A stretch of 64,000 nt of DNA, taken from positions 800,001 to 864,000 of the forward strand of contig OZ219866.1 of assembly GCA_964291675.2 (NCBI GenBank), given 5' to 3'. Position 1 is the stretch's first letter. Each line of letters begins with the position of its first letter. This document shows positions 1 to 10,548 of the stretch, piece by piece. A program made the translations under genes and the position numbers. This DNA comes from Alphaproteobacteria bacterium (lineage in GTDB: Bacteria > Pseudomonadota > Alphaproteobacteria > MPNO01). The notes below the pieces were generated by a model. It did no database searches, was not told where the DNA came from, and saw nothing but the letters and a program-made list of their open reading frames with translations.

Positions 1-795
1 ATCTCCGAGACCGCCAAGATCTTCGCCGGCGTCGACGTAACCCGCGAGCCGGTGCCGGTGCTGCCGACCGTCCACTACAACATGGGCGGGGTGCCGACCA
101 ACCACCTCGGCGAGGCGCGCGCGCCGGCCAACGGCGCGGTCGAAGCGGCGGTGCCGGGGCTGATGGCGATCGGCGAGGCGGCCTGCGTCTCGGTGCACGG
201 CGCGAACCGGCTGGGCTCGAACTCGCTCCTCGACCTCGTCGTGTTCGGCCGGGCGGCCGCCAATCGCTGCGTCGACATCCTGGAGCCCGGCGCGTCGCAG
301 CCGCCGCTCCCCGCCGATGCCGGGGAGAGCGCGCTGGCGCGGCTCGATTCCCGCCGCCATGCCGAGGGCGGCACACGCTGCGCCGCGCTGCGTCTCGAAA
401 TGCAGCAGATCATGCAGCGCCACTGCGCGGTGTTCCGCACCGGCGAGATCCTGGGCGAGGGCAAGGCGAAGCTCAGGAAGGTCTGGGAGGGGTGCGCAGA
501 CATGTCGGTGTCCGACCGCTCGATGATCTGGAACTCGGATCTCGCCGAGGCACTCGAATTCGACAACCTGCTCGCCCAGTCGGTGGTCAGCGTCGACGCC
601 GCGCTCGACCGTGAGGAGAGCCGCGGCGCGCATGCCCGCGAGGATTTCCCGGAGCGCGACGACGAGAACTGGATGAAGCACTCGCTGATCTGGCTCGATG
701 CCGACGGACGGTCGAGCATCGAATACCGGCCGGTGCACACCAACACGATGACCAACGAGGTCCAGGCGGTGCCGCCGCAGGACCGCGTCTACTGA
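1..795 (+). CDS. sdhA: Succinate dehydrogenase flavoprotein subunit, C-terminal part (5' truncated by window)
   Basis: Frame open from base 1 ([20 protein letters not shown]); motifs [28 protein letters not shown]; directly upstream of sdhB. Confidence 0.97.
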   Translation: MSETAKIFAGVDVTREPVPVLPTVHYNMGGVPTNHLGEARAPANGAVEAAVPGLMAIGEAACVSVHGANRLGSNSLLDLVVFGRAAANRCVDILEPGASQPPLPADAGESALARLDSRRHAEGGTRCAALRLEMQQIMQRHCAVFRTGEILGEGKAKLRKVWEGCADMSVSDRSMIWNSDLAEALEFDNLLAQSVVSVDAALDREESRGAHAREDFPERDDENWMKHSLIWLDADGRSSIEYRPVHTNTMTNEVQAVPPQDRVY

Positions 796-808
796 TCCCG
801 GAGTCGCC

Positions 809-1588
809 ATGGCCGAGTTCGCGCTGCCCGCCAATTCGAAGATCCGCAAGGGGAGGGACCACGCCGCGCCCGAAGGCGCCAGGCGGCCGAAGAGGTTCAG
901 GGTCTATCGCTGGGACCCGGATTCGGGCGAGACGCCCCGGATCGACCGCTACACCGTCGACCTCGACGATTGCGGGCCGATGGTGCTCGACGCGGTGATC
1001 AAGATCAAGAACGAGGTCGATTCGACGCTCACCTTCCGCCGCTCCTGCCGCGAGGGGGTTTGCGGCAGCTGCGCGATGAACATCGACGGCACCAACACGC
1101 TCGCCTGCACGCGGTTCATCGACGACATCAGGGGCGACGTGAAGATCTACCCCCTGCCGCACATGCCCGTGGTCAAAGATTTGGTGCCGGACCTCACGGA
1201 TGCCTATGCGCAATACGCCGCGATCGAGCCCTGGCTGAAGACCGAGACCCCGGCGCCGCCCGACGCCGAGCGCCTGCAATCGCCGGAAGAGCGCGAGAAG
1301 CTCGACGGGCTGTGGGAATGCATACTCTGCTTCTGCTGCACCACGAGCTGCCCGAGCTACTGGTGGAACGGCGACCGCTATCTCGGCCCGGCGGCGCTGC
1401 TCCAGGCCCATCGCTGGATCGCGGATTCGCGCGACGAGCACACCGGCGAGCGACTGGACGCGCTGGAGGACCCGTTCCGGCTCTATCGCTGCCACACCAT
1501 CATGAACTGCACCAAGACCTGCCCCAAGGACCTCAACCCGGCCCGCGCCATCGGCGCGATCAAGCAGCGCATGGTGGCCAGGCGTTAG
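809..1588 (+). CDS. sdhB: Succinate dehydrogenase iron-sulfur subunit
   Basis: [41 protein letters not shown] Fe-S motifs. Confidence 0.98.
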   Translation: MAEFALPANSKIRKGRDHAAPEGARRPKRFRVYRWDPDSGETPRIDRYTVDLDDCGPMVLDAVIKIKNEVDSTLTFRRSCREGVCGSCAMNIDGTNTLACTRFIDDIRGDVKIYPLPHMPVVKDLVPDLTDAYAQYAAIEPWLKTETPAPPDAERLQSPEEREKLDGLWECILCFCCTTSCPSYWWNGDRYLGPAALLQAHRWIADSRDEHTGERLDALEDPFRLYRCHTIMNCTKTCPKDLNPARAIGAIKQRMVARR

Positions 1589-1612
1589 GGGGCCGCGCCC
1601 CGTCCCCGCGCT

Positions 1613-3259
1613 CTACGCCGAGATCTCGGCCATCCGCGCCACCACCCGCTCGGCGAGGCGGCGGCGGTTGACCCGCATGGTCTGGCCGCGCGGGAAATCG
1701 GCGAAGCGTTCGACGCGGACCGGGAACTTGTAGCGCGCGAGCCCGCGGGCATCGAGGAAGTCGGTCACCTCGCCGAGCGCGATCCCGTCCCCGCCGCTGG
1801 CGATCACGCAGAGGCAGGGCACCTCGCCCAGCGTCCCGTCGGGGATGCCGACGACCGCCGCCTCCAGGATCTTCGGGTGCTCGGCGAGGATGCTCTCGAG
1901 CTCCAGCGGGAAGACGTTCATGCCGCCCCGGTTGATCATCTCCTTGATGCGCCCGACCAGGGTGACGTAGCCGTCCTCGTCGATCGTCGCCACGTCGCCG
2001 GTGCGGAACCAGCCCTCCTGGCCGAGCGTCCCCCACGCCTCGACCGTGGCCTCCGGGCTGCGGAAATAGCCCGAGGCGGTCGCCGGGCCGCGGATCCACA
2101 GCTCGCCCGCCTCGCCGGCGGGGAGCGGTTCTCCCGCCCCGTCGACGACGCGGATCTCGCCGCCGTCCATCACCCGGCCGATGGAGGGGCCGAGGCGGAT
2201 CTCTCGGGGGTCGTCGATCCCCACCTGGCCGAACGAGCAGGCCTCCATCGCCCCGCCCGCCTTGACCACCGGGCAGCCGAGCCGTTCCTCCGCCAGCTCG
2301 ATCACCGCCGGCGGCAAATTGGCCGAGCCGGTGCGGATCACCCGGAGCGAGGCGGTGTCGTGGTCGCCGAGCAGGGGCGAGTCCGCGAGCCGGGCGAGGA
2401 TCGCCGGCGCGGTCATGATCGCGCTCACCCGCTCGCGCTCGATGGCGGGCAGCAGGGCTTCGGGCGAGAACCCGTCGGTCAGCACGAACCGCGCCCCGGT
2501 CAACAGCCAGCCGCTCCAGGCGTGGAATCCCGGCCCGCCCGACATCGGCACGAAGCCGCCGATGACGTCGTCCGCCGTCACCCCCATCCGCGCGGCCACC
2601 CCCTTGCCCCATAGCAGCTCCTGCTGCTCCGGCCGTTCGACCAGCTTGGGCGTGCCGGTGCTGCCCGAGGTCACCACCAGCTTGGTCACCTCGTGCGGGC
2701 CGTAGCGCCGGTCCTCGCCGGGGACCGGGGCGGCGCTCTCCGCCGCGGCGTCGAGCGAGACCGGGATGCAGTCCGCCGCATCCGCGCCGGGATCGACGAC
2801 GACCACGTTCATCTCCCCGTGGCGCTCGCGCACCGCGCGGGCCAGCGCCACCATGTCGCTGCCGCGGAAGCGGCCCGGCACCACCATCGCGCCGGGCTCC
2901 AGCAAATCGACCACCGCCTCCAGCTCGGCGCCGCGCCAGACCACCGGCACATAGGCGGCGAGCAGCCCGAGGCGTTTGAGCGAGAGCCGCATCAGCGACT
3001 CTTCCACCGAGTTGGCGAGCTGGAGGACCACCGGCGTGTCGCGCCGGAGCCCCATCCCGGCGAGCGTCCGGGCGAAGCCCTCGACCGCCGCCAGCGCCTC
3101 GCGCCAGGTCAGCCGGCGGCGCGCATCGACGATCGAGATTTCGTCCGGCCGCGCCGCCGCGTGGGCTTCGAGGAGGTCGAGGGTGGTGGTGTCGGTCCAG
3201 TAGCCCGCGCGCCGCCAGTCCTCGATCATGTCGGCGGTGAAGCGGGTCGGCGGGGCCAT
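1613..3259 (-). CDS. AMP-binding acyl/aryl-CoA ligase
   Basis: TSGSTGTPK P-loop, GWFRTGD, GRIKEMINRGG motifs of ANL-family ligases. Confidence 0.9.
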   Translation of the reverse strand: MAPPTRFTADMIEDWRRAGYWTDTTTLDLLEAHAAARPDEISIVDARRRLTWREALAAVEGFARTLAGMGLRRDTPVVLQLANSVEESLMRLSLKRLGLLAAYVPVVWRGAELEAVVDLLEPGAMVVPGRFRGSDMVALARAVRERHGEMNVVVVDPGADAADCIPVSLDAAAESAAPVPGEDRRYGPHEVTKLVVTSGSTGTPKLVERPEQQELLWGKGVAARMGVTADDVIGGFVPMSGGPGFHAWSGWLLTGARFVLTDGFSPEALLPAIERERVSAIMTAPAILARLADSPLLGDHDTASLRVIRTGSANLPPAVIELAEERLGCPVVKAGGAMEACSFGQVGIDDPREIRLGPSIGRVMDGGEIRVVDGAGEPLPAGEAGELWIRGPATASGYFRSPEATVEAWGTLGQEGWFRTGDVATIDEDGYVTLVGRIKEMINRGGMNVFPLELESILAEHPKILEAAVVGIPDGTLGEVPCLCVIASGGDGIALGEVTDFLDARGLARYKFPVRVERFADFPRGQTMRVNRRRLAERVVARMAEISA

Positions 3260-3280
3260 CGGCGGAGGCGCTCGGGGGCG

Positions 3281-3541
3281 TCAGAGCCGGGGGTCGAAGC
3301 GGCAGGTGCGTTGCAGCCGGGCCAGCAGCGCGCGCCATTCCTCGTCGGTATAGCGCCGCGGCTCGACGCGGATCGCCTCGACCGGGCAGTCGAACTCGCA
3401 GAGGAAGCAGCCCTGGCAGTCCTCGGCGTAGACCGCGCTTGCCTTGCCGTCCCGCATGCGGATCACGTCGGTCGGGCACGAGTCCACGCAGGCGCCGCAG
3501 CCCGTGCAGACCCTCTCGTCGATGCTGAGCGCGACATGCAC
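3281..3541 (-). CDS. 2x[4Fe-4S] ferredoxin (AprB-like small subunit)
   Basis: CTGCGACVDSCP and CQGCFLCEFDCP; GTG at 3541 just after flavoprotein stop; start approximate. Confidence 0.85.
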   Translation of the reverse strand: MHVALSIDERVCTGCGACVDSCPTDVIRMRDGKASAVYAEDCQGCFLCEFDCPVEAIRVEPRRYTDEEWRALLARLQRTCRFDPRL

Positions 3542-3546
3542 CGGCG

Positions 3547-5256
3547 TCAGCTCCTGAAGAAGGGGTGGAGGATTTTGCTGCGCTCCGGCATCCGGTGGTG
3601 CTCGTCGTCCGGAATCGGCTCGTCGAACAGGTCGAGCGCGCCGTTGCCGCCGATGCGCGCGAAGGTGTATTTGAGCCAGTTCTCGTTGTCCATGTAGGGG
3701 TAGTCCTCGCGCAGCACGTTGCCGCGGCTCTCGGTGCGGCGGCGCACCACCTCGACCGAGATCTCCATGCATTGCAGGAAGTTCCGCATGCCGAGCACCT
3801 TGGCGAGGTCGTGCGGGTCGTGCGCCTTCATGGTGGGCACCAGCCGGCCCCTGATGTCGCGCACCCGGCTGAGGATGTTGTCGAGCCGCTCTTGGTTGAG
3901 GATCTCGGTGATGTCGGTGCCGTAGAGCCCTTCGAGCTCGTCTCGGGTGGCGCTGAAACCGTTGTCGCCGGTTCGCTCCAGCGGCTCCAGGGTCTCGCGG
4001 GCGAGGCGGTCGACCTGGGCCTCGACCGCCTCGGCCGGGGGCGCCCCCCTGGCCGCGGCGCCGCCGGTCCCGCCCGCATGCCAGCCGCCCACCGCGCACA
4101 AATTGAGCGCCTGGGCGAGCCCCATGAAGCCGCCGTCGGACGTGTTGCCGGCGGCATAGAGCCCGGGCAGCGTCGTCGACCCGTCGCCCGCCACCCTGAT
4201 GCCGGCGCCGCCGAGCGTGCCGCTCTGGAAGGGCAGCATGGTGACGAACGGGATGCGGTCCCTGCTCGGGTCGTAGCCGGCGCGCTCATAGGTGTTGAGC
4301 ACGATGGGGACGACCTGCTTGTAGAGCCTGAGGTTTTCGGGCGTCAGATGGGTCGCGTCCTTGTAGACCGGCCCGCGCCCCGCGCCGTATTCGCGGATCA
4401 CCGCGCGGGCGAGGCGGAAGCGGCGGATGCGGTCGCCGCCGGCGATCTCGGTGCCCTCGCCGTTGCAGAAGCGGACCCCGAGCCCGGCGCCCATCTCGAG
4501 CCCCGGGGCGGAGAAGAACTCGGCCGGGATCACCCCCCAGCCGGCCAGAAACTCCATCTTCGAGAGCTGGGCGCCGGCACGGTAGGCCGCCGCCACCCCG
4601 TCGCCGGTACAGTTGACCGGCATGCCGTGGAAGCCCGCGCCGGCGCGCGGGTAGGGGATGTGCACCGGCCCGGTGCAGAGGATTGTCGATGTCGCGCGGA
4701 AGACGTGGATCTCGCCGTCCACCGTGCCGACGCCGAGCGCGCCGACGACGCGCCCGCCGGTCGGGTGCTTGCCGTCGGAGGTCAGCAGCTCGGTAACCAT
4801 GACGCGGTTGACCGTCTCGACGCCGCGCCGCAGGGTCTCGTTCCTGAGCGCCATCATGAATTGCGGGCCGCCCTCGGCCATCATCGCGTTGACCGGGAAC
4901 AGCGGCCCGACCGCCATGTCGACGCGCTGGATCTTGCCCTTGTCCTTGATCCACTTGACGCCCCAGCGGTCCATCGCCAGCAAGAGGTCGCCGGTCACCC
5001 GGATGCCCTTGCGCAGCGCGGTGACGTTGACCATCGGGTTGGTGTGCGCCTTGACCCAGCGGTCGAGGTCGTCGCCCTCCATGTAGGCCTGGAAGACGCC
5101 CGAGGCGAGCGCGCTGGTGCCGCTCCGCCCGAAGAACCCCTTGTCGACCAGCAGCACCCGTACCCCGGCCTCGCTCGCCCGGATCGCCGCGCAGGCCGCC
5201 GCCACGCCGCCGCCCACCACCAGAACGTCGGCCTCGTGAACATGGGTCTCGGGCAT
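3547..5256 (-). CDS. FAD-binding protein, SdhA/FrdA/AprA-like flavoprotein
   Basis: DVLVVGGG FAD motif, RSGTS, TGDG, PGLYAAG, RTESRG...REDYP..DNENWL C-terminal signature. Confidence 0.88.
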   Translation of the reverse strand: MPETHVHEADVLVVGGGVAAACAAIRASEAGVRVLLVDKGFFGRSGTSALASGVFQAYMEGDDLDRWVKAHTNPMVNVTALRKGIRVTGDLLLAMDRWGVKWIKDKGKIQRVDMAVGPLFPVNAMMAEGGPQFMMALRNETLRRGVETVNRVMVTELLTSDGKHPTGGRVVGALGVGTVDGEIHVFRATSTILCTGPVHIPYPRAGAGFHGMPVNCTGDGVAAAYRAGAQLSKMEFLAGWGVIPAEFFSAPGLEMGAGLGVRFCNGEGTEIAGGDRIRRFRLARAVIREYGAGRGPVYKDATHLTPENLRLYKQVVPIVLNTYERAGYDPSRDRIPFVTMLPFQSGTLGGAGIRVAGDGSTTLPGLYAAGNTSDGGFMGLAQALNLCAVGGWHAGGTGGAAARGAPPAEAVEAQVDRLARETLEPLERTGDNGFSATRDELEGLYGTDITEILNQERLDNILSRVRDIRGRLVPTMKAHDPHDLAKVLGMRNFLQCMEISVEVVRRRTESRGNVLREDYPYMDNENWLKYTFARIGGNGALDLFDEPIPDDEHHRMPERSKILHPFFRS

Positions 5257-5626
5257 GGGGGTTTCCCGCCGCGGGTTGGGGCTTCGGTGGTACCGGCTGG
5301 GTCGGGGGGTGTCAAACGCGGCCGCGGCCGGCCGCCGGATGCCGGATGTCACCGTCTTCCGCTGCCCGGTTTCCTTGCCGCGGCCCGCCCCGCGATCCCG
5401 GAATTCCGCTGCCCGAGCCGCCCCGCAGCGCGGGGAACCGCGCTTTCCCGGTCGGGGTGACGAAGGAGACCATGTCCGGATCGCCGAGGGCGACCGCGAC
5501 CAGGGGCGGTTCGTCCAGCGCGGCCACGCTCCAGGTCGGCCTCGTGCCGCATGCGGTACGCGTCGGGCTCCTCGGAAGCGGTCGTCCGGTGCCAGCCGCA
5601 GATGATGTACGCGGAATTCCGGCTGC

Positions 5627-6802
5627 TCAGGACTCGTAGGGCAGGCCGGCGTACTGCTCGGCGAGCGATGCCTGCGCATGGTCCGAGATCGACAGGTATT
5701 CGAGCTCGTTCTCCCTGCTGCGCTGATCGAACTCGGTGTCGTCCGGAAACCGGTGCAAGAGATTGGTCATCCACCAGGACAGCCGCTCGCAATGCCAGAC
5801 CCGCCGGAGCGCCATGTCCGAGTAGTCATCGAGGTAACGGTCGCAGCCGGCCTTGTAGTGCTCGACGAGGGCCCGGGACAGGTAGAACACGTCCGAGAAG
5901 GCGAGGTTCAGCCCCTTGGCGCCGGTCGGCGGCACCAGGTGGGCGGCGTCCCCGGCCAGAAACAGCCGGCCGTGGCGCATCGGCTCGCTGACGAAGCTGC
6001 GCAGCGGCGCGATCGACTTCTCGATAGTCGGACCGGTCACGATCGCGTCGGCGATCTCGCTCGGGTAGCGGGATTTGAGCTCCTCCCAGAAGCGATCGTC
6101 GGGCCAGTCCTCGATCCGGTCGTCGAGCGGGCACTGGATGTAGTAGCGGCTGAGCATGGGGTTGCGCTGCGACGCCAGCGCGAAGCCCCGCGGGTGGCTG
6201 GCGTAGACAAGGTCCTCCAAAGGCGGCGTCTCGGACATCACCCCGAGCCAGCCGAACGGGTAGACCTTCTCGTAGACCCGCGTGAGGTCGGCCGGCATAG
6301 ACGGTCGGCTGACGCCGTGCTTGCCGTCGCATCCGGCGATGAAATCGCAGTCGATGCGCTCGGGCCTGCCTTCGCGCTCGAAGGTGACATGCGGCGACGC
6401 GCCGGTCAGCCCGTGGAGTTCGACGTCGTCCACCTCGTCCAGGATCTCGCCCCCGGCGGCTTCGCGGGCGGCGTACAGGTCTTCCGTGATCGCCGTCTGG
6501 CCATAGGCCATCATGCTCTTGCCGGTGTGTTTCCTGGTGTCGATGAAGAAGCGCCCGCGCCCGGCCCAGGCGATCGCGGCGCCGTCATGGACGTGCCCCT
6601 CCCGGTCCATCCGCTCGCCGAGACCGACATCGCGCAGCAGCTTCACCGAACCCGCTTCCAAGACGCCGGCGCGGATACGCTTCATCACATGCGCCCTGGA
6701 GCGGCTTTCGAGGACGATGCTCTCGATCCCCTCCAGATGCAGGATGTGGGACAGCAGAAGCCCGGCAGGGCCGCCACCGATCACCGCCACCTGAGTTCTC
6801 AT
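5627..6802 (-). CDS. pobA: 4-hydroxybenzoate 3-monooxygenase
   Basis: MRTQVAVIGGGPAGLLL, RIRAGVLE, DFIAGCDG, GDAAHLVPPTGAKGLN. Confidence 0.95.
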   Translation of the reverse strand: MRTQVAVIGGGPAGLLLSHILHLEGIESIVLESRSRAHVMKRIRAGVLEAGSVKLLRDVGLGERMDREGHVHDGAAIAWAGRGRFFIDTRKHTGKSMMAYGQTAITEDLYAAREAAGGEILDEVDDVELHGLTGASPHVTFEREGRPERIDCDFIAGCDGKHGVSRPSMPADLTRVYEKVYPFGWLGVMSETPPLEDLVYASHPRGFALASQRNPMLSRYYIQCPLDDRIEDWPDDRFWEELKSRYPSEIADAIVTGPTIEKSIAPLRSFVSEPMRHGRLFLAGDAAHLVPPTGAKGLNLAFSDVFYLSRALVEHYKAGCDRYLDDYSDMALRRVWHCERLSWWMTNLLHRFPDDTEFDQRSRENELEYLSISDHAQASLAEQYAGLPYES

Positions 6803-6955
6803 CGGCCTCTCCTTTGCAGCCCGGCCATGACGAAGCTCGAATTTACAGAAACCCTTCGATTTGCATAATTTCTCTTGTCGAAGCGGCATGCGGGAAACGC
6901 CGGCCCCGCTCAACCATCGGAGCGCGATCCCGCCCGCCAACGCAGGGAGGAAGAG

Positions 6956-7966
6956 ATGAGAGCACATTCATGCTTGCGGTCAGCAGGTATCGCGCTCGCC
7001 GGCGCGATCCTCGGGTTTTCCGGCGCGGCAATCGCCCAGGACATCAAGATCGGGCTGATCATGGAGGCCCGGCCCGCCGAGCAGCCCTGGAGCGCGGCGA
7101 TATTCGATTCGGCGGAAAAGCTGAAGCAGGAGGACAAGGGGGTTTCCTTCGCCCAGTCCTTCAAGGCCTTCGATCCGACCTCGGCGGAGCCGATCGCGCG
7201 CCAGCTCCTGGCCGACGGCCACAAGGTCATGGTGATGCACAGCTTCGCGCTGAACGACGTCGCCCACAAGCTGGCCGAGGAGTTCAAGGCGATTCCGATG
7301 TCGGTCAGCAGCTTCGATCCCCCGGTCCAGCCCAACCTGACCATCGCCACCGCTAGCTATCTCCAGATCGGCTATTCCAACTGCTGGCTGCTGGCGAAGC
7401 TCTCGAAGTCCGGCAAGATCGGGTTCGTCGGGGCCATGCCGATCCCCTACGCCACCGAGCTCCAGCTCGGATGCGAGCTCGGCGCCAAGGCGGCGCGCGG
7501 CGACGCCGAGGTGCTGGCGGCCTACAGCAACAGCTTCGTGGACCAGCAGGCGACAAGGGAACAGGCGCAAGGCGTGGTCGACCGCGGGGCGGACACCTTG
7601 TTCCCGGCCTCGGCCACCCAGGACTCGCTCGGCGGGTTCCAGCTTTGCGAGCAGGCGAAGATCCCCTGCGCGGGCTGGGCGAGCGACGCGCGGCGCTACT
7701 CCCCCAACTACGCCGCAGCCTCGGCGGTGGTCGACTGGACCGTCATGCTCAAGGAGTTCGTCAAGCAGGCGCGGAGCGGCAAGCTGTCGGCGACGACCTT
7801 CGATGCGACGTTCCAGAACGGCGGCCTCGCGCCGCAGCCGTTCGAGGGCGCCTCGGCCAAGATCGTGCCGGCGGACGTGCAGGCCGGGTATCTCAAGGTG
7901 GTGGCCGACCTCAAGCAGGGGAAGATCGAGCTGCCGAAGAGCAAGGCCCACCCCTGCTGCCCGTAG
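6956..7966 (+). CDS. BMP-family (nucleoside/purine-type) ABC transporter substrate-binding protein
   Basis: Signal peptide; SKSGKIGFVGAMPIP motif; GGAGG RBS; precedes ABC ATPase and permeases. Confidence 0.8.
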   Translation: MRAHSCLRSAGIALAGAILGFSGAAIAQDIKIGLIMEARPAEQPWSAAIFDSAEKLKQEDKGVSFAQSFKAFDPTSAEPIARQLLADGHKVMVMHSFALNDVAHKLAEEFKAIPMSVSSFDPPVQPNLTIATASYLQIGYSNCWLLAKLSKSGKIGFVGAMPIPYATELQLGCELGAKAARGDAEVLAAYSNSFVDQQATREQAQGVVDRGADTLFPASATQDSLGGFQLCEQAKIPCAGWASDARRYSPNYAAASAVVDWTVMLKEFVKQARSGKLSATTFDATFQNGGLAPQPFEGASAKIVPADVQAGYLKVVADLKQGKIELPKSKAHPCCP

Positions 7967-7993
7967 TCGCCCGGCTCACGCGGCTTGTCCGGC

Positions 7994-9511
7994 ATGGAGG
8001 CGTCGCGGCAGCCCGGTCCTGACGACGACTCCGACGAACCGGGTGGCGTAAGATTTCGCGCCCGCCTGCGTGGCATCTCGAAGGCGTTCGGTGCCACGCA
8101 GGCGGTACTCGATGCCGACCTCGATGTCCGCGCGGGCGAAATTCACGCGCTGCTCGGAGAGAACGGGGCGGGCAAGACCACGCTGATGCGCGTGCTGGCG
8201 GGCATATTGCGCGCGGATGCCGGCAGCATCGAGATCGACGGCGAAGCCGTGCAGCTGCGCGGCCGGATGGACGGCGCCCGGCGCGGAATCGGGTTCGTGC
8301 AGCAGCATTTCGGCCTCATCGAGGAAATCAACGGCGTCGGGAACTACCTGCTCGGCCATCCCCGGCTCGGCGCCTGGCTTCACGTCGAGAGAGCCCGCGG
8401 CGAACTCCGGAGAACTGCCGCGGAGCTGGCGCTCAATGTCGATATCGACAGCCCGATATCGGACCTGACCGTCGGCGAACGCCAGCGGCTCGAAATCCTG
8501 ATCGCGCTGGCGACCGGCGCCGACGTGCTCGTTCTCGACGAGCCCACCGCCGCGCTCGGCAGCGCGGAGGTAGCGGTTCTCGAACGCGTGCTTCGCCGGC
8601 TGACCGGGCAGGGCAGGAGCGTGGTCTATATCACCCACAAGCTGCCCGAGGTGATGGCCTTCGCCGACCGCGTCACGGTCATGCGCCGGGGACGGGTTGT
8701 CGCGGACCTCGCGGGCGAGGCGCTGGACGCCGGCGACCTTACCCGGGCGATGATCGGCCAGCTCCCGGAACGATCGAAAGTGTCTCGCCTGGATCCCGGC
8801 AACCTGGTGCTCGCCTTGCAGGGCGTCGGCGTTGCAGCCTCGGAGACCGGACGTGGCCTGTTCGATATCGACCTTGAGGTGTGCGCGCACGAAGTCGTCG
8901 GGATCGCCGGCATCTCGGGCAACGGCCAGGACGTTCTCGCGGAACTCCTCTGCGGCCTGATGGAACCGGAGTCGGGCAGGATCGTCACACGGCCGGGCAC
9001 TGTCGCCTACATCCCCGAGGACCGGTCCAGAGACGCACTCGCGCCGACCCTCTCCGTCGCCGACAACGCCATCGTCCACCGGCATCGCGACCCCTCGCTG
9101 AGGCGAAGCGGTCAGCTCGCCCCGACTCTGGTGGGAGAGTTCGTCGCCGGCATCGTCGCCGCGGGTGCCGTGCAGGCCGCGTCCGCGGAGTCCAGCGTGT
9201 CCGCCCTCTCCGGCGGTAACCAGCAGAGGCTGGTGGTCGCGCGGGAGCTCGAGCGGCGGCCGGAATTGATCGTCGCCCACAACCCCTATCGCGGCCTCGA
9301 CATCGGCGCGGCGGGTGACGTTCGCCAACGCCTGCTCGCGGCGCGGGACCGCGGAAGCGGCGTGGTCCTGATCAGCCCGGACCTCGAAGACCTGTTCGAC
9401 ATCGCCGACCGGATCCTGGTGATTTCCCGCGGCCGCATCGTCGGCGACTTCGACCCGCGGCGCACCACCGCGCAAGAGGTCGGCGCGCTGCTGGGAGACG
9501 CGGGACAGTGA
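7994..9511 (+). CDS. ABC transporter ATP-binding protein (double domain, CUT2/nucleoside type)
   Basis: GENGAGKTT Walker A, LDEPT, LSGGNQQ; start could be 7985. Confidence 0.92.
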   Translation: MEASRQPGPDDDSDEPGGVRFRARLRGISKAFGATQAVLDADLDVRAGEIHALLGENGAGKTTLMRVLAGILRADAGSIEIDGEAVQLRGRMDGARRGIGFVQQHFGLIEEINGVGNYLLGHPRLGAWLHVERARGELRRTAAELALNVDIDSPISDLTVGERQRLEILIALATGADVLVLDEPTAALGSAEVAVLERVLRRLTGQGRSVVYITHKLPEVMAFADRVTVMRRGRVVADLAGEALDAGDLTRAMIGQLPERSKVSRLDPGNLVLALQGVGVAASETGRGLFDIDLEVCAHEVVGIAGISGNGQDVLAELLCGLMEPESGRIVTRPGTVAYIPEDRSRDALAPTLSVADNAIVHRHRDPSLRRSGQLAPTLVGEFVAGIVAAGAVQAASAESSVSALSGGNQQRLVVARELERRPELIVAHNPYRGLDIGAAGDVRQRLLAARDRGSGVVLISPDLEDLFDIADRILVISRGRIVGDFDPRRTTAQEVGALLGDAGQ

Positions 9512-10548
9512 AACCCGCCGCCGGACTCTCCGATCCCGCCCGGCTGGCGCTCGGCCTCGCCGCGGCCGTCGTCGCGATCGTCGCCATCGGCGCCGGGCTG
9601 TTCGCGCTCGGCGATGCTGATCCCTTCGTCGCCTTCCGCGCGATGTATCGCGGCTCGTTCGGAAGCTGGGTCAGCTTCGGCGAGACGCTGATCCGCTTCG
9701 CCCCGGTTACCCTGATCGCGCTCGGCCTGGTGCCGTCGCTGCGCATCGGGCTGTTCAACATCGGCGCGCCCGGGCAGATCGGTCTCGGCGCATTGTTCGC
9801 GACGCTCGCCGGTCTCGCTCTGGGTGGGGCGCCGCCATCCGTCTCGATTCCCGTGACCTTCGTCGCCGCGGCGGCGGGCGGCGCCCTGTGGGCGCTCGGA
9901 CCGGGCTTGCTGCGCGCCTGGTTTCGGGTGAACGAGATCCTGTCGACGCTGGTGTTCAACTTCCTCGCGCTCTACCTGCTGCAATACCTGCTGACCGGCC
10001 CGCTGCACGGCTACCGATCCAACATCGCCCAGTCGGACCCGCTGCCCAAGGAGGCCTGGCTCCCCGTCGTCATCGAGGGAACCCGGGCGCATGCGGGCCT
10101 GTTCGTCGTCCTGGCCGCCATCGTCGGGCTCTGGCTGGTGCAGCGCAGCCCGCTCGGCTACCGCTTGCGGCTGTTCGGCGCGGGGCCGAACCTTGCACGG
10201 CAGGCGAAGGTGAGCGGCCCGCTTCTGATCGTCTGGACGATGTGCGTCGGGGGCGCCGCGGCGGGGATCGCGGGGTGGATGCAGGTCGCGGGCGTCGATC
10301 ACCGGCTCTACGACACCGTCGCCGATCCGATCGGCTATATGGGCCTCTTCGCCGCCCTGCTCGGGGTGCTGCATCCGGTCGGCATCTTCTTTTCCGGGCT
10401 GGTCTTCGCCGCGCTGCTCCGCGGCGGCGAGTCGCTCCAGATCGGCGCCAACGTCTCTCCCGAGATCATCAGCGCGCTCGTCGGGCTCATCCTGCTGCTG
10501 CTTGCCGCCCGCTCGGGCCGTTTCACCAGAGCGAGCCGGGAAGCCTGA
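9508..10548 (+). CDS. ABC transporter permease (nucleoside type)
   Basis: Hydrophobic; GLFNIGAPGQ and VNEILSTL motifs; GTGA overlap. Confidence 0.9.
   Translation: MKPAAGLSDPARLALGLAAAVVAIVAIGAGLFALGDADPFVAFRAMYRGSFGSWVSFGETLIRFAPVTLIALGLVPSLRIGLFNIGAPGQIGLGALFATLAGLALGGAPPSVSIPVTFVAAAAGGALWALGPGLLRAWFRVNEILSTLVFNFLALYLLQYLLTGPLHGYRSNIAQSDPLPKEAWLPVVIEGTRAHAGLFVVLAAIVGLWLVQRSPLGYRLRLFGAGPNLARQAKVSGPLLIVWTMCVGGAAAGIAGWMQVAGVDHRLYDTVADPIGYMGLFAALLGVLHPVGIFFSGLVFAALLRGGESLQIGANVSPEIISALVGLILLLLAARSGRFTRASREA

Noticed and set aside
3547-5256. Second succinate dehydrogenase or true APS reductase
   Set aside because: Lacks SdhA catalytic motifs and membrane anchors, and there is no sulfur-metabolism context in the window.
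5312-5560. Possible antitoxin remnant (AALDEPPLVAVALGD) between the flavoprotein and pobA
   Set aside because: The resemblance is too short to support without a search.
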